Of a stretch of DNA of 64,000 nt, positions 53,201 to 60,900 are shown one piece after another. Positions within the stretch are counted from its first letter, which is position 1. Each line of letters starts with the position of its first letter. Made by a program: the position numbers and the translations under genes. Source of the DNA: a bacterium (lineage in GTDB: Bacteria > Patescibacteriota > Patescibacteriia > JAACEG01); contig DAOWHA010000050.1 of the NCBI GenBank assembly GCA_030641665.1, forward strand, positions 2,632 to 66,631, written 5' to 3'. The notes beneath the pieces are model-generated. The model saw only the letters and a list, made by a program, of their open reading frames with translations, was not told where the DNA came from and searched no databases.

Positions 53201-55874
53201 TGCCTTCTAAATTATATCCTGTGTCAATAACTTTTGTCAGATTAGCCGCTGCGCCGTTTAAAGACCTAAAAGCTGTGGCGCCGATAAAACTCGCGCTGGT
53301 TGCTTCTCCTGCCGCGGACGCCCATTCTATAAAAGTATCGGCTATGCTGTCATCAATAATGTCTGTTTCTAAAATATCAGTAAAACTTGAGTTAGTAATC
53401 AGATTAGTCCCCAAATTCGGCTTTGTCCTAATATACTCGCGGCACCCCTCGCTGGAACTGGAACAAATTTCCGCTTTTTTGTTTAGATAAATGTCATTAT
53501 TAACATTAGGAACAAGCTCTTGATTTATCGTAAGCCGCGCTTTTGATCCGTCTAAAACGCATTCTATCCCTTTATGCGGAACAACGCACGATTCAATAAT
53601 GTCGCCGTCTTGGTCAATATCATTTACATCCGCAATTTCGCATCCGTCTGCATTGGCGCAATAATTATCTAAATTCAAATCCCACCCTTGGCTTAAGCAA
53701 GCCCAAGCGTCGTCCCCCGCGTTTCTTGAAGCGCAATGCCATTCGCATCCGGCGCTGTCTTCACTGCATCCGCCGTACTCCGCAGTATTTTTCAGATAAA
53801 AAACTTCGTTTCCTTTCGGAGACGCGAAAGACTGGCAAGTATTATAATAACTGTCGCATTCATCTCCTTGAAAATCCCAAACGCGCTTCTCCTCTGAACA
53901 GTATCCGTAAAAAAGGCAATTTCCTTTTGCATCTTCTTTTAAGCAAGACTGTTCGTCGGCGCAATATCCGTCTCTCATAATATTAACGCGCGGCTTCTGG
54001 TCATACTCGTCGTCAAAGTCGCCATCGCTGTCAATGTCAATTCCTTGTGAAACTTCTTCGCTGATTATCTTCTCTCCTATTCCTTCAAGTTCGCAAAAAA
54101 GTTCCGGCGCTTTCAGCACCCAGCTCGGATCAATCAGTTTATAAAAAGGCGAGGCAGGATCGTCAAACCCGCTTATTACTTCCTGAATATTATAAATCCT
54201 GAAATCAGAGGTTTGATTGCCAATATGCCTTGCGGCTAATTCCCAGCCGACCGGGATTATTCTGTATTTTCTTAAAATTACCAAATTTCTATAAGAGTAT
54301 CCTTGATTATACAGCGGCTCAATATCTTTTGAAGTAAATCCGAACGGAAAATTGCCGCTTATATATCCTTGATTAAGAGCTTCCTGAACCGTAAGTTCCT
54401 GCTGGACAGCGTCGGCGAACTGCTGCGTAATTACGCATTCTGTCGGTCCGGCGTTTTCAGGATCAGGGCACATTAACAATTTTGACAAAATTGAATAAGC
54501 TCCGCCTGTTTTATAATCCGGCTGAAAAATTTTTGAATATTTCGCTTTGGCGGCTTTAGCGCCCTGGCTGACCCTGGCTGCGGATATTCTGCTTGCCGAA
54601 CTGTCAACACCGCTCAGCCAGTTATAATCTGAATCTTCGTCATCTCCGCGCAGTTTAGCCATCCCTTCCATCACCCATTTGTTGATCAACTTGCTCATTA
54701 AAGTATTAGCGAAAGTCGCGACTGCGTCGGCTATAATGTCGCCCGTGAAAACTTCTTCAAACTTCGTCCCTTCGTCAATCGGCTTGGTTCCCATTTTATA
54801 GACCACATTACCAGGCGTTAAAATATTTCCTGCGGCATCTGTGATAGCTTTCCAGCCGCCGCCCTCTTTCCGCGCTTTTTCAGCAGTATCAATTCCAGCC
54901 TTTCTTTTTTCTAAAAAATCACTATGCATTGTTAAAGCGATTCCGATGTCGTTCTCTTCCGGATTCCAATATCCTTGAAAGCGAGTTAAAAAATCAGGAT
55001 CGTTCACAAACTCATCCCAATTTCGCGAAGCGCGGCTGTATGTGCACTTCGGCTTTTTCGGCCTCTGTATTTCAGCTAAATCAGCTGTTAATCTCATCTT
55101 AACATTAAAATCCGGCTCGCATAAAAATTGCACTATGGATCCTGCCGCCCCCTTGCTATATCTTGAGCCAGCAGATCCAGCGGTAGGACCGCCAAAATCT
55201 TTCTTACTTAAATCATCTGTCTGTTTTTCGTAAATTTCAAGGCATTTAATCGAATGATCTCCTTCGCATACGCTCCAACAATTCTCAATGATCATTTTTT
55301 CTGAATTTGGCAAAAGATTAAAATTGTCTGGTATTTCTCCGCACTTTTTTTCACATCCGCTAACAAAATCTTTCGAGCATTCTATAAAATCATCGTTAGT
55401 TTTTGAATAAGCATCTTCTTCTGAGGAATGCCTGTCCCACTGGCTCGCCGCTGCCATAATAGCTGTTCCTGCGGCTTCATCAGCCGCGTCCAGCATATAT
55501 TCCTCCCAATTAGAAGTAAAAATCATCGGCTTCTGACCCTTGTCTCCGCTCGCTACCCAAGTCGCGCTTTCTAAAGCTAAATTGCGCAAAAAATTATGCA
55601 GCGCTGCCTTAAAGCCAACCGCCGCCCAATGCTTGCCGAGTTTCTCTTCTGCTACTTCCCATTTTTCCCAAGCCCATTTTAACGCATCGCTTACTCTTGA
55701 CCATATATTTGATAATGTATTTGGGATAGAAGAGACATCAGTCGTTACTTCAACGGGAATCGCCCGAGCGTTTTTTACTATCAATAAATTAAATCCTACT
55801 GAATGAAAAATAAACAGAAACAGAATCATTAAAATAACTAATCTGTTTTTTTTCTTTTTTGTTTTGTTAAACAT
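47235..55874 (-). CDS. Giant (2879 aa) secreted Cys-rich protein with scattered Ca-binding DxDxDG loops (hypothetical surface protein)
   Basis: Signal-anchor KKKKNRLVILMILFLFIFHSVGF...ARA. About 5% Cys throughout. Loops DIDSDGDFDDE and DIDQDGDIIE. Continuous ORF uninterrupted on minus strand. No catalytic motif seen. Confidence 0.8.
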   Translation of the reverse strand: MFNKTKKKKNRLVILMILFLFIFHSVGFNLLIVKNARAIPVEVTTDVSSIPNTLSNIWSRVSDALKWAWEKWEVAEEKLGKHWAAVGFKAALHNFLRNLALESATWVASGDKGQKPMIFTSNWEEYMLDAADEAAGTAIMAAASQWDRHSSEEDAYSKTNDDFIECSKDFVSGCEKKCGEIPDNFNLLPNSEKMIIENCWSVCEGDHSIKCLEIYEKQTDDLSKKDFGGPTAGSAGSRYSKGAAGSIVQFLCEPDFNVKMRLTADLAEIQRPKKPKCTYSRASRNWDEFVNDPDFLTRFQGYWNPEENDIGIALTMHSDFLEKRKAGIDTAEKARKEGGGWKAITDAAGNILTPGNVVYKMGTKPIDEGTKFEEVFTGDIIADAVATFANTLMSKLINKWVMEGMAKLRGDDEDSDYNWLSGVDSSASRISAARVSQGAKAAKAKYSKIFQPDYKTGGAYSILSKLLMCPDPENAGPTECVITQQFADAVQQELTVQEALNQGYISGNFPFGFTSKDIEPLYNQGYSYRNLVILRKYRIIPVGWELAARHIGNQTSDFRIYNIQEVISGFDDPASPFYKLIDPSWVLKAPELFCELEGIGEKIISEEVSQGIDIDSDGDFDDEYDQKPRVNIMRDGYCADEQSCLKEDAKGNCLFYGYCSEEKRVWDFQGDECDSYYNTCQSFASPKGNEVFYLKNTAEYGGCSEDSAGCEWHCASRNAGDDAWACLSQGWDLNLDNYCANADGCEIADVNDIDQDGDIIESCVVPHKGIECVLDGSKARLTINQELVPNVNNDIYLNKKAEICSSSSEGCREYIRTKPNLGTNLITNSSFTDILETDIIDDSIADTFIEWASAAGEATSASFIGATAFRSLNGAAANLTKVIDTGYNLEGRKFSFSFYAQNCVGTNFQFYIPAIAGSPIELISGNNDDWERFNVNYTFPTDGTIDAFDTELTISVSGAAGGIPLGCLIDSVQLEEVAGDGYLFSYEDYHNSNSLYLKKAPDYYNCELYTVYNDAFDDQSGCETAGHFWRTDIERCAEGGSEQCANFALECRPDDVGCDLYEPTNGDPSIPGVVRSDDFCPETCNGYNAYKQEATFFESEKFPEFLIPNNEEKCSAQYAGCSEFTNLDKLEEGGEAIEYFSYLRPCHGINGDCASFYTWIGSEETGFQLVAHMLLDADSNGYPDNIYNIADAADIFGDCNNYDDAIRNPECNEFYSEANIISYRHYKNTVSCSDDCHPYRKTKSSQADCVVHSAGSWDWGEWSANNECIYEALSEQGIVCPASKNDCYEYRGNTSNNIRKVIDDGFEQAVNNCGVGALSSESLIRGGHSLKINLGDDMNYSLKAHCDLGFVCALDEGCECEVNNETVCYAQNTEQTCLYKSLLGHQKTYFLSFWAKGAGSLTAEFSSAPAGEEFASGSVNLGPEWQKYSLGPVLVGWDMSSDDPMSAPGDNILETLRISGFSGISYIDNIILKEERDKLFLIRPDFWNVSSVCDQDHNGAYAPQYMLGCEEYESEVEKQTVYLKSFNRLCGEDVAGCEALIDTFNSHSYLEEIFNLGDISEITVFGDKIDTLVNDKGKICKSKEKGCSALGTANYRYNMNKTTENLADDRDDLYQYETVYKINDPDEYNDTLCLFDNVGCGKFSSDVMGDSYFKDPVSQRIKGDAKICEYKLVGGQTDAGWYLANTTSGAPNCPLAYSDIGVEYAAKTCLGGGGGICETDADCPGGYCNNWTAICPPEIDGCAEYIDPISSISKNIVFNGDFAQDVDVDGVPDGWSVAAGDYITNVPVRLEQDTVYTVLSNSNGAGSAIILENCVDGLVGNPIDLISPDDSMDIITPINGAQIVSDESDQQFSGRFYTGKDSAINCDLSVSGNLVPSEFVKILKTGIYYNIDSSIDKAECNGLVDYEKGCVLFNRREISSGLAIEDIIYDADRNDKNINTPQSCLIGGIPDGTCDSNLLVKVKPTRTCGEWLYCKGTVNVTGKDGAIKRKCTDIGACNSMNEQGKCDGFVVSEPINQTANATVSLDDIRDRAGYTKIGKQGVAEGYYPLHTMSQESVQIKIPNNNFELIENIDYPVGWLYEGALFEDEFSVISDPVSAQGIGLEYMSPEGRSFLSVGADYAAVTETISLIGTEEGNRYFVSAWVNTLNLKASNAEIQLREMDAFGNMIRDYHSILSVPRSDYWQFKTAAFDVDLSTKRIVLRLVAPGSAPDGNFYIDEIRIKPALKIGDTDVYSPQTCRSYPKQDALSCEYFSDSGIKNIGKFGYCLEYDRFPGNPRQCLLWWPVDKLSSEGIEETGRVLGYDGKFPVFYCSDMDANFDFVENRTSEIISDLDDYCCDTNLLTAFADWMLAGLPSLIINGAYYGDLTNFLNGGCGSRMIVYNDNDAGMQTCNSTNYKVEVRIYSDGNCGAFNTDTEYNLRFTCIPKNDATHIPISGNWYIYDGDLVLNEPNPDPQVMIYDYTESRLVDPMDYRLRCDKIYQTVSHFDIGENKAWTDRVRDGTDYRTGELGSFDYYHTSEDKPFGSMIPPEGVNPIYWDGNDNTDILDPILFRENLSEGAIAGLPYGCSDGSTQGNTCDVIGRCSGHPELICAHPYPSGDWNHHDDNLLLHCPCNDAHTICETCEPISNLGNISDNNAVEILKRIFAKSYGTWEWDHASSQYRDCGIDIACVLNDWNPPDNICAGTPAARPAYSNTTGLCAGGDCFAGCGSNPAGATCDFCGVPPIVENIKVNGNISGNYNFSISNDVNLEFNSIIDYNQLPLATYWIDWGDGTDASPNISYVSNGIQDRPDEDDPHSESRQYSYYEMLLNDPSSVSIECGAAGATLFGDLSVVCGAFPCCATQPRIRLKDNWDWCNGDTTRAVCNQWEYYNGYIIASEF

Positions 55875-55969
55875 AAATATTTTAATTTTGAATTTCCAAT
55901 TTTAAATCTATTAAGTTATCATAAAAAATTCTTCTTCAATTATATCTTTGCGAGAAGTTTTTCCCTTAT

Positions 55970-56111
55970 TGTCTTTGCGAGCGGGGTGCAACGGAGCGAA
56001 GCAATCTCATTACTGAGCGGACAAATCTATAATTATAATTTGTCTATCTATATAATAGGATTGCTTCGTCGCGCCTCTCTCGCTTCGCTCGTTCAGCTCC
56101 TCGCAAAGACA
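55970..56111. repeat. Nested palindromic element, copy 11
   Basis: TGTCTTTGCGAGCGGGGTGCAACGGAGCGAAGCAATCTCATTACTGAGCGGACAAATCT...GATTGCTTCGTCGCGCCTCTCTCGCTTCGCTCGTTCAGCTCCTCGCAAAGACA. An extra 13-nt tctttgcgagaag fragment lies at 55943. Confidence 0.9.
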
Positions 56112-56194
56112 TGGTGGGAAGCAAACAAATTTTTGAAATCAAAATTTTTCTTTTTAATTAAATCTATTTTCTTTTTTCTTGAACCGCCTTTAAT

Positions 56195-56398
56195 CTATTT
56201 TTCTCTTAAAATCGCTTCTTCTATTTTATCAAAAACTTCATAGTAAACTAATTTGTCAACATTATATTTTTTAGTAAATCCTTTAATTGTTTTATTTTTA
56301 TGCTCTTTAATTCTTCTATTTAAATCATTAGTTACACCCGTATAAATAACTGTATTATTTTGATTGCAGAGTATGTATATAAAATATTGCTTTTGCAT
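56195..56398 (-). CDS. GIY-YIG nuclease-domain small protein (second paralogue)
   Basis: QYFIYILCNQNNTVIYTGVTNDLNRRIKEHKN. Flanked by repeat copy 11 and half-copy 12. Its start codon lies inside the half-copy. Confidence 0.6.
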   Translation of the reverse strand: MQKQYFIYILCNQNNTVIYTGVTNDLNRRIKEHKNKTIKGFTKKYNVDKLVYYEVFDKIEEAILREK

Positions 56399-56473
56399 AA
56401 TTTGCGCGGTTTTTAATGAGATTGCTTCGTCATTTCGTTCCGCTATCGCTCCACTTCATTTCTCGCAAAGACA
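56393..56473. repeat. Half-copy (right arm only) of the nested palindromic element, copy 12
   Basis: ttttgcataatttgcgcggtttttaatgaGATTGCTTCGTCatttcgttccgctatcgctccacttcattTCTCGCAAAGACA. Confidence 0.8.
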
Positions 56474-56640
56474 GGGTGTAAAATTTTTAAATTTAATTAA
56501 AATTTTGTCCATTTTTTCATTTAAACTTTTATTGCTTTCTATTAAAATATCAAATTTAGAGTTTATGTCTTTTAAGGCAACTAAAAGGTCATTTATGGTT
56601 TTTAATTCAATTCTTGCCTTTGCCATAAATTTTTTTAATT

Positions 56641-57297
56641 TTAATTTCCCATTTCCGCGATGGTCTCGTAATACATTTTTATCAAATCCGCGTCGGAAAT
56701 TTTTTTCATCTCTTCAAACGGTATCCCTGCCTGTAAAAGCATCTGCCGAATCTCTTCAACGCTCGCGCCGCCGCTTAAAACCTTTTCCGCTCCGCCCGTT
56801 CCGCTGCTGGCGGAACTATTTTGATTATCCGTCAATGGCTGCAATTGATTTAAAAAATCGCTATAATTTTCTAAATCGCTTATGTCAACCGCGCTATCTT
56901 CCAACTCACTATCATTTAATACCCCACACTCCTGCCCGCGCGGACAAAGCGGATTTTCTTTATCGTTAATCTCTTGCGCGTCAGAATAGCCGTCACTGTC
57001 CGTATCTTCTAAATAAGGGCTTGTGTTGTAAATATTTATTTCATCATAATCAGATAATCCATCCTGATCAGTATCGCTGTTCTGCTGATTTAATATCTCT
57101 TGCAGCTCCTGCTCTTCGTATCCGGTAAAATTTTTATTATCAATTCCATTAATATTAAAAGAACTATTTATAGTCGCGTTAAAACGCAAAAATCCTAAAA
57201 TCAAAGCGCCCACCCCTATGGCTAATAAAAAAATTTCTACGGAGCGGCTGTTCTTTGTTTGATTTTCCTGATTATCTTTTTCCATATCATTATACAA
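56641..57297 (-). CDS. Membrane-anchored secreted protein with a dockerin-like pair of Ca-binding loops
   Basis: N-terminal TM IFLLAIGVGALILGF. DTDQDGLSDYDE and DTDSDGYSDAQE loops 24 aa apart (duplicated DxDxDGxxDxxE, dockerin/TSP3-like). Confidence 0.55.
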   Translation of the reverse strand: MYNDMEKDNQENQTKNSRSVEIFLLAIGVGALILGFLRFNATINSSFNINGIDNKNFTGYEEQELQEILNQQNSDTDQDGLSDYDEINIYNTSPYLEDTDSDGYSDAQEINDKENPLCPRGQECGVLNDSELEDSAVDISDLENYSDFLNQLQPLTDNQNSSASSGTGGAEKVLSGGASVEEIRQMLLQAGIPFEEMKKISDADLIKMYYETIAEMGN

Positions 57298-57339
57298 TAA
57301 AAATAAAAAAAGGTAAATTTTAAAACTGAAAATTAAAAA

Positions 57340-57825
57340 CTATTTAATATCCATTATTTTGTCGGTTTTAATTTTTGCTTCCTGCTCAAGAAAAAATTTG
57401 TTCACTCCTGGGATCGTTTTAAGCCACTCTTTGATTAGTTTTATAATTTTTTTAACTTTTACCTTTGTCTTTTTTAAAATAAAAAAAATCTTAGCCGCTG
57501 TTTCTTCGCCTTTCTTTTTAAATTCAATCTGTCTGCGCGCTGATAAATTTACATAGATCTCTTCCATTCCTTCAGATAAAATATTTTCTATTTTTTCCAC
57601 TTCTAAAGATTTTTGCAAAGGATGCGGCTGGGCGCTTGCGTCTGATTTTTTAGGCGCGATTTTTTTTTGTTCTATTTTTTTCTGTCTTCCAGCGGCGGTT
57701 TGCTCTTTTTTAAAATCTTCGCCAAGCGTTTTTTCGCCCTCTTTTTTTTCAACCGCTAAATCCGCTTTTTCTTTGCCAAAATCATTTGTCCGTTTTTCAA
57801 GTATATTTTTTAAATTATCAAGCAT
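57340..57825 (-). CDS. Lys/Glu-rich hypothetical protein, first gene of the minus-strand surface-protein cluster
   Basis: 161 aa, highly charged, coiled-coil-like. No motif. Confidence 0.4.
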   Translation of the reverse strand: MLDNLKNILEKRTNDFGKEKADLAVEKKEGEKTLGEDFKKEQTAAGRQKKIEQKKIAPKKSDASAQPHPLQKSLEVEKIENILSEGMEEIYVNLSARRQIEFKKKGEETAAKIFFILKKTKVKVKKIIKLIKEWLKTIPGVNKFFLEQEAKIKTDKIMDIK

Positions 57826-57837
57826 AAAATTATATTG

Positions 57838-57893
57838 TCACCCTGAATTCCGTCCAAAGGATGGTCAGCCTCTGGACGGAATTCAGGATGACA
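57838..57893. repeat. Perfect 18-bp-stem hairpin, second repeat family (ggatggtcagcctc loop)
   Basis: caccctgaattccgtcca-aaggatggtcagcctc-tggacggaattcagggtg. A degenerate relative lies at 15424-15485 (ctgaattccgtccagaggatggtcagcctctggctgatatttcaggg). Confidence 0.7.
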
Positions 57894-58037
57894 TTTATTT
57901 TTTTTTAGTTATTTTATAACTCGTAATAATTAAATTTATTATACCACTTTTATTAAAAAAATAAAATAGTTTGATTTATGTAAAAAATTATCTTATACTT
58001 TAATTATTATCTTACATCTTAAGCATGCAAAAAGCAT

Positions 58038-59132
58038 ATGAAAAAGGAATTAACAGTCGGACTAATTTTTGGAGGAAAATCAGCCGAGCATGAAGTCTCT
58101 ATTATGTCTGCAAAAAATATATATGCCGGCTTAAAATTAAACCGATATAAAATAATTTTAATCGGAATTGATAAAAAGGGCTGCTGGCGGCTGGTAGAAA
58201 AAGACTGCTTTCAAAATATAATAAAGGGATTAAAAAAAATAAGCGATCCTGAAAATAAAAAAATTGCGATAATTCCGCAAAGCAACGGTAAATTTATGCT
58301 GCTCGGCAATAAAAAAGAGGTTATAAGAATTGATGTTGCGTTCCCTATTCTGCACGGACCTTTTGGCGAAGATGGAACAGCGCAAGGGCTGTTTAAAATA
58401 ATAGATGTTCCGTTTGTTGGTCCGGATATTTTAGGCGCGGCAATAGGCATGGATAAAATATTTATGAAACGCATTTTAAAAGAGCAAAAAATCCTAATAG
58501 CTGATTTTTTATATTTTACAAAAAATCAAAAACATGAGATAAATTATAATAAAATTATTGATTGTTTAAAATTGCCATTTTTTGTCAAGCCAGCTAATCT
58601 TGGTTCGTCTGTCGGCATCAGCAAAGTTAATAATCAAAACGAATTTCAGGGTGCGATAGACGATGCTTTTAAATATGATAAAAAAATAATTATTGAGGAA
58701 TGTGTTATCGGAAGAGAGATTGAATGTTCCGTGCTGGGAAACAAAGAGCCGAAAGCGTCAATTCTGGGAGAGGTTAAATTGAACGATGATTTTTATTCTT
58801 ATGAAACCAAATATATCAGCAAAAGCGGGGCGGAAACCGAAATACCCGCAAAATTGCCAGAAGATACGATAGAAAAGATTAAAAAAATGGCGATTAAAAC
58901 ATTTAAAGCGCTTGATTGCGAGGGAATGGGGCGGGTAGATTTTTTCTTAACGGAACAAAACGGAATAATTGTAAATGAAATAAATACAATACCTGGATTT
59001 ACGGAAATTAGCATGTATCCAAAATTATGGGAAGCCAGCGGAATGCCGTTAAAAAAATTAATCAGCGAATTGATTAAGTTGGCGCTGCAAAGATTTAGCA
59101 GAGATAAAAAACTAAAAACTTCTTATAAATAG
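58038..59132 (+). CDS. ddl: D-alanine--D-alanine ligase
   Basis: N-terminal GGKSAEHEVS, ATP-grasp core, C-terminal EINTIPGFT. Confidence 0.9.
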   Translation: MKKELTVGLIFGGKSAEHEVSIMSAKNIYAGLKLNRYKIILIGIDKKGCWRLVEKDCFQNIIKGLKKISDPENKKIAIIPQSNGKFMLLGNKKEVIRIDVAFPILHGPFGEDGTAQGLFKIIDVPFVGPDILGAAIGMDKIFMKRILKEQKILIADFLYFTKNQKHEINYNKIIDCLKLPFFVKPANLGSSVGISKVNNQNEFQGAIDDAFKYDKKIIIEECVIGREIECSVLGNKEPKASILGEVKLNDDFYSYETKYISKSGAETEIPAKLPEDTIEKIKKMAIKTFKALDCEGMGRVDFFLTEQNGIIVNEINTIPGFTEISMYPKLWEASGMPLKKLISELIKLALQRFSRDKKLKTSYK

Positions 59133-59192
59133 CTTTGAATTACGAAATAACATTTTGTAATTCAAAGGAATAATAAAAAGATAAAAAATATT

Positions 59193-60116
59193 ATGGAAAA
59201 ATCAGAAATTAGAAAATCATATTTTTTAAACAAATATGTCATTATCACACCGAGCAGAAAAAAAAGGCCTCGCGACATTAAAGAGACTACAATCATAGAA
59301 CGGACAGGCGAATGCGTCTTTTGCCCTGAAAATGTTAAAAAAAATAATGTCGTTGTTAAAGAGTTCGGAAAAAACGAAAAGAACTGGAATATTTTGGTTA
59401 TAACAAATAAATACCCCGCAGTTACGCTGGGCAATAAACTTGCTTATGGCTATCAGGAAGTTATCATTGAAACGCCTGATCATGCCGAAGTTCTCGCGCA
59501 ATTTCCAGTCAACCGCATTGATAAATTATTAAGGGTCTACGCGGACAGGACAAAAGATATATCAAAGAACAAATCCATTGAATATGTTTTGGTTTTTAAA
59601 AACGAAGGTTCAAAGGCAGGCGCAAGCGTTGTGCATGACCACTCGCAAGTTTTCGCGACTGGAATATTGCCTCATAATATTTACGAGGAGTTAAAATTAG
59701 CTAAAAAATACAAGTTAAAAAATAAAAGCTGCCCTTATTGCGATATTATCAAGCAAGAAATGAAAGGTCCGCGCAAAATTTTTGAAGATAAATATATTGC
59801 CGCTTTCGCTCCTTATGCTTCAAGATACCATTATGAAGCATGGATTTTCACAAAAAGGCATCTTGATAATATCGCCCAATTAAACAGCGATGAATTCAAG
59901 TCTTTTTCCAAAGTTTTAAAATTAATATTGTCAAAACTGCATGAATTTAATATAAGTTATAATTACTTTATGCATCAAGTTATCTCGGATCAAGACCAGC
60001 ATTTTTATTGCAAAATCCAGCCGCGCGACAGTGTTTGGGCTGGTGTTGAACTTGGCTCGGGGCTTGTGATAAATTCCATACCCCCAGAAACCGCGGCAGA
60101 ATTTTATAGGGAATAA
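59193..60116 (+). CDS. GalT-like HIT-superfamily nucleotidyltransferase (galactose-1-P uridylyltransferase / ADP-glucose phosphorylase family)
   Basis: Zn-binding CVFCPEN and HIT-like VVHDHSQV histidine triad variant. Confidence 0.7.
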   Translation: MEKSEIRKSYFLNKYVIITPSRKKRPRDIKETTIIERTGECVFCPENVKKNNVVVKEFGKNEKNWNILVITNKYPAVTLGNKLAYGYQEVIIETPDHAEVLAQFPVNRIDKLLRVYADRTKDISKNKSIEYVLVFKNEGSKAGASVVHDHSQVFATGILPHNIYEELKLAKKYKLKNKSCPYCDIIKQEMKGPRKIFEDKYIAAFAPYASRYHYEAWIFTKRHLDNIAQLNSDEFKSFSKVLKLILSKLHEFNISYNYFMHQVISDQDQHFYCKIQPRDSVWAGVELGSGLVINSIPPETAAEFYRE

Positions 60117-60530
60117 AATAATAATTTATGCCAATAAAAAAAGCAGCTTTTAAACTGCTATTTTTTATTTTTATTTTTATTTTTTTTAATGTTGTCCATA
60201 TAGGACAATAATGTATTATTTTTTTATAAAATAATATGTATTTTATTGATTAAATTGTAAAAGAACTTTTTTATAAAACAACGCATACTGCTCCGCCTGC
60301 TATAACACTAGCGCAAATCATAACCATAGTAAACGCAAAATTCATAATCCCTCTATTCTGCGCCCTAATCTCTTCGTTTTGCTCTTCAACGCTTCGTATT
60401 GTATCTTCCATATAAACTGCACCCCCTTTCTTATTTATAATTTAATTATTATATAAATATATTATAGCATATATTCACCTTTTTGTCAATATGTGCTAAA
60501 ATATTTATATAAGTTGATAAAAAAATAATT

Positions 60531-60899
60531 ATGAAACAAAATACATTTCTTATAGCGCTAAAATATATATCTGTTGATCTGATTGGAGATATTTTATTGT
60601 TCCCTTTGTGGTGGTATACAAAAGGATTAAAAAAAACAGTTGCTTTTTGTGCGCAAAAAGCAAAAAACGCGGAAAACGCGCTCGGTATTAAAATCTGGCT
60701 CACAAGCCTATTTAAGCCTATGTACGCTCAATACGACTGGCAAGGAAGAATTATAAGTTTTTTTATGCGAATTTTCCAAATAATCTTCCGCTCTGTTTTA
60801 TTTGCTGTCTCTCTAATTTTCATATTTATCTTACCTATAATTTGGGTAGCGCTTCCGATATTTATTGTTTTTCAAATTGTCTTAATCGCAACAATTTAA
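60531..60899 (+). CDS. Hypothetical membrane protein
   Basis: 122 aa, N- and C-terminal TM helices. No motif. Confidence 0.4.
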   Translation: MKQNTFLIALKYISVDLIGDILLFPLWWYTKGLKKTVAFCAQKAKNAENALGIKIWLTSLFKPMYAQYDWQGRIISFFMRIFQIIFRSVLFAVSLIFIFILPIIWVALPIFIVFQIVLIATI

Positions 60900-60900
60900 T

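Noticed and set aside
39040-55806. Numerous 60-180-aa antisense or alternative-frame ORFs inside the two giant genes
   Set aside because: They are fully contained in long, continuous, compositionally coherent minus-strand ORFs. They are typical shadow ORFs of GC-richer Cys/Gly-rich coding sequence.
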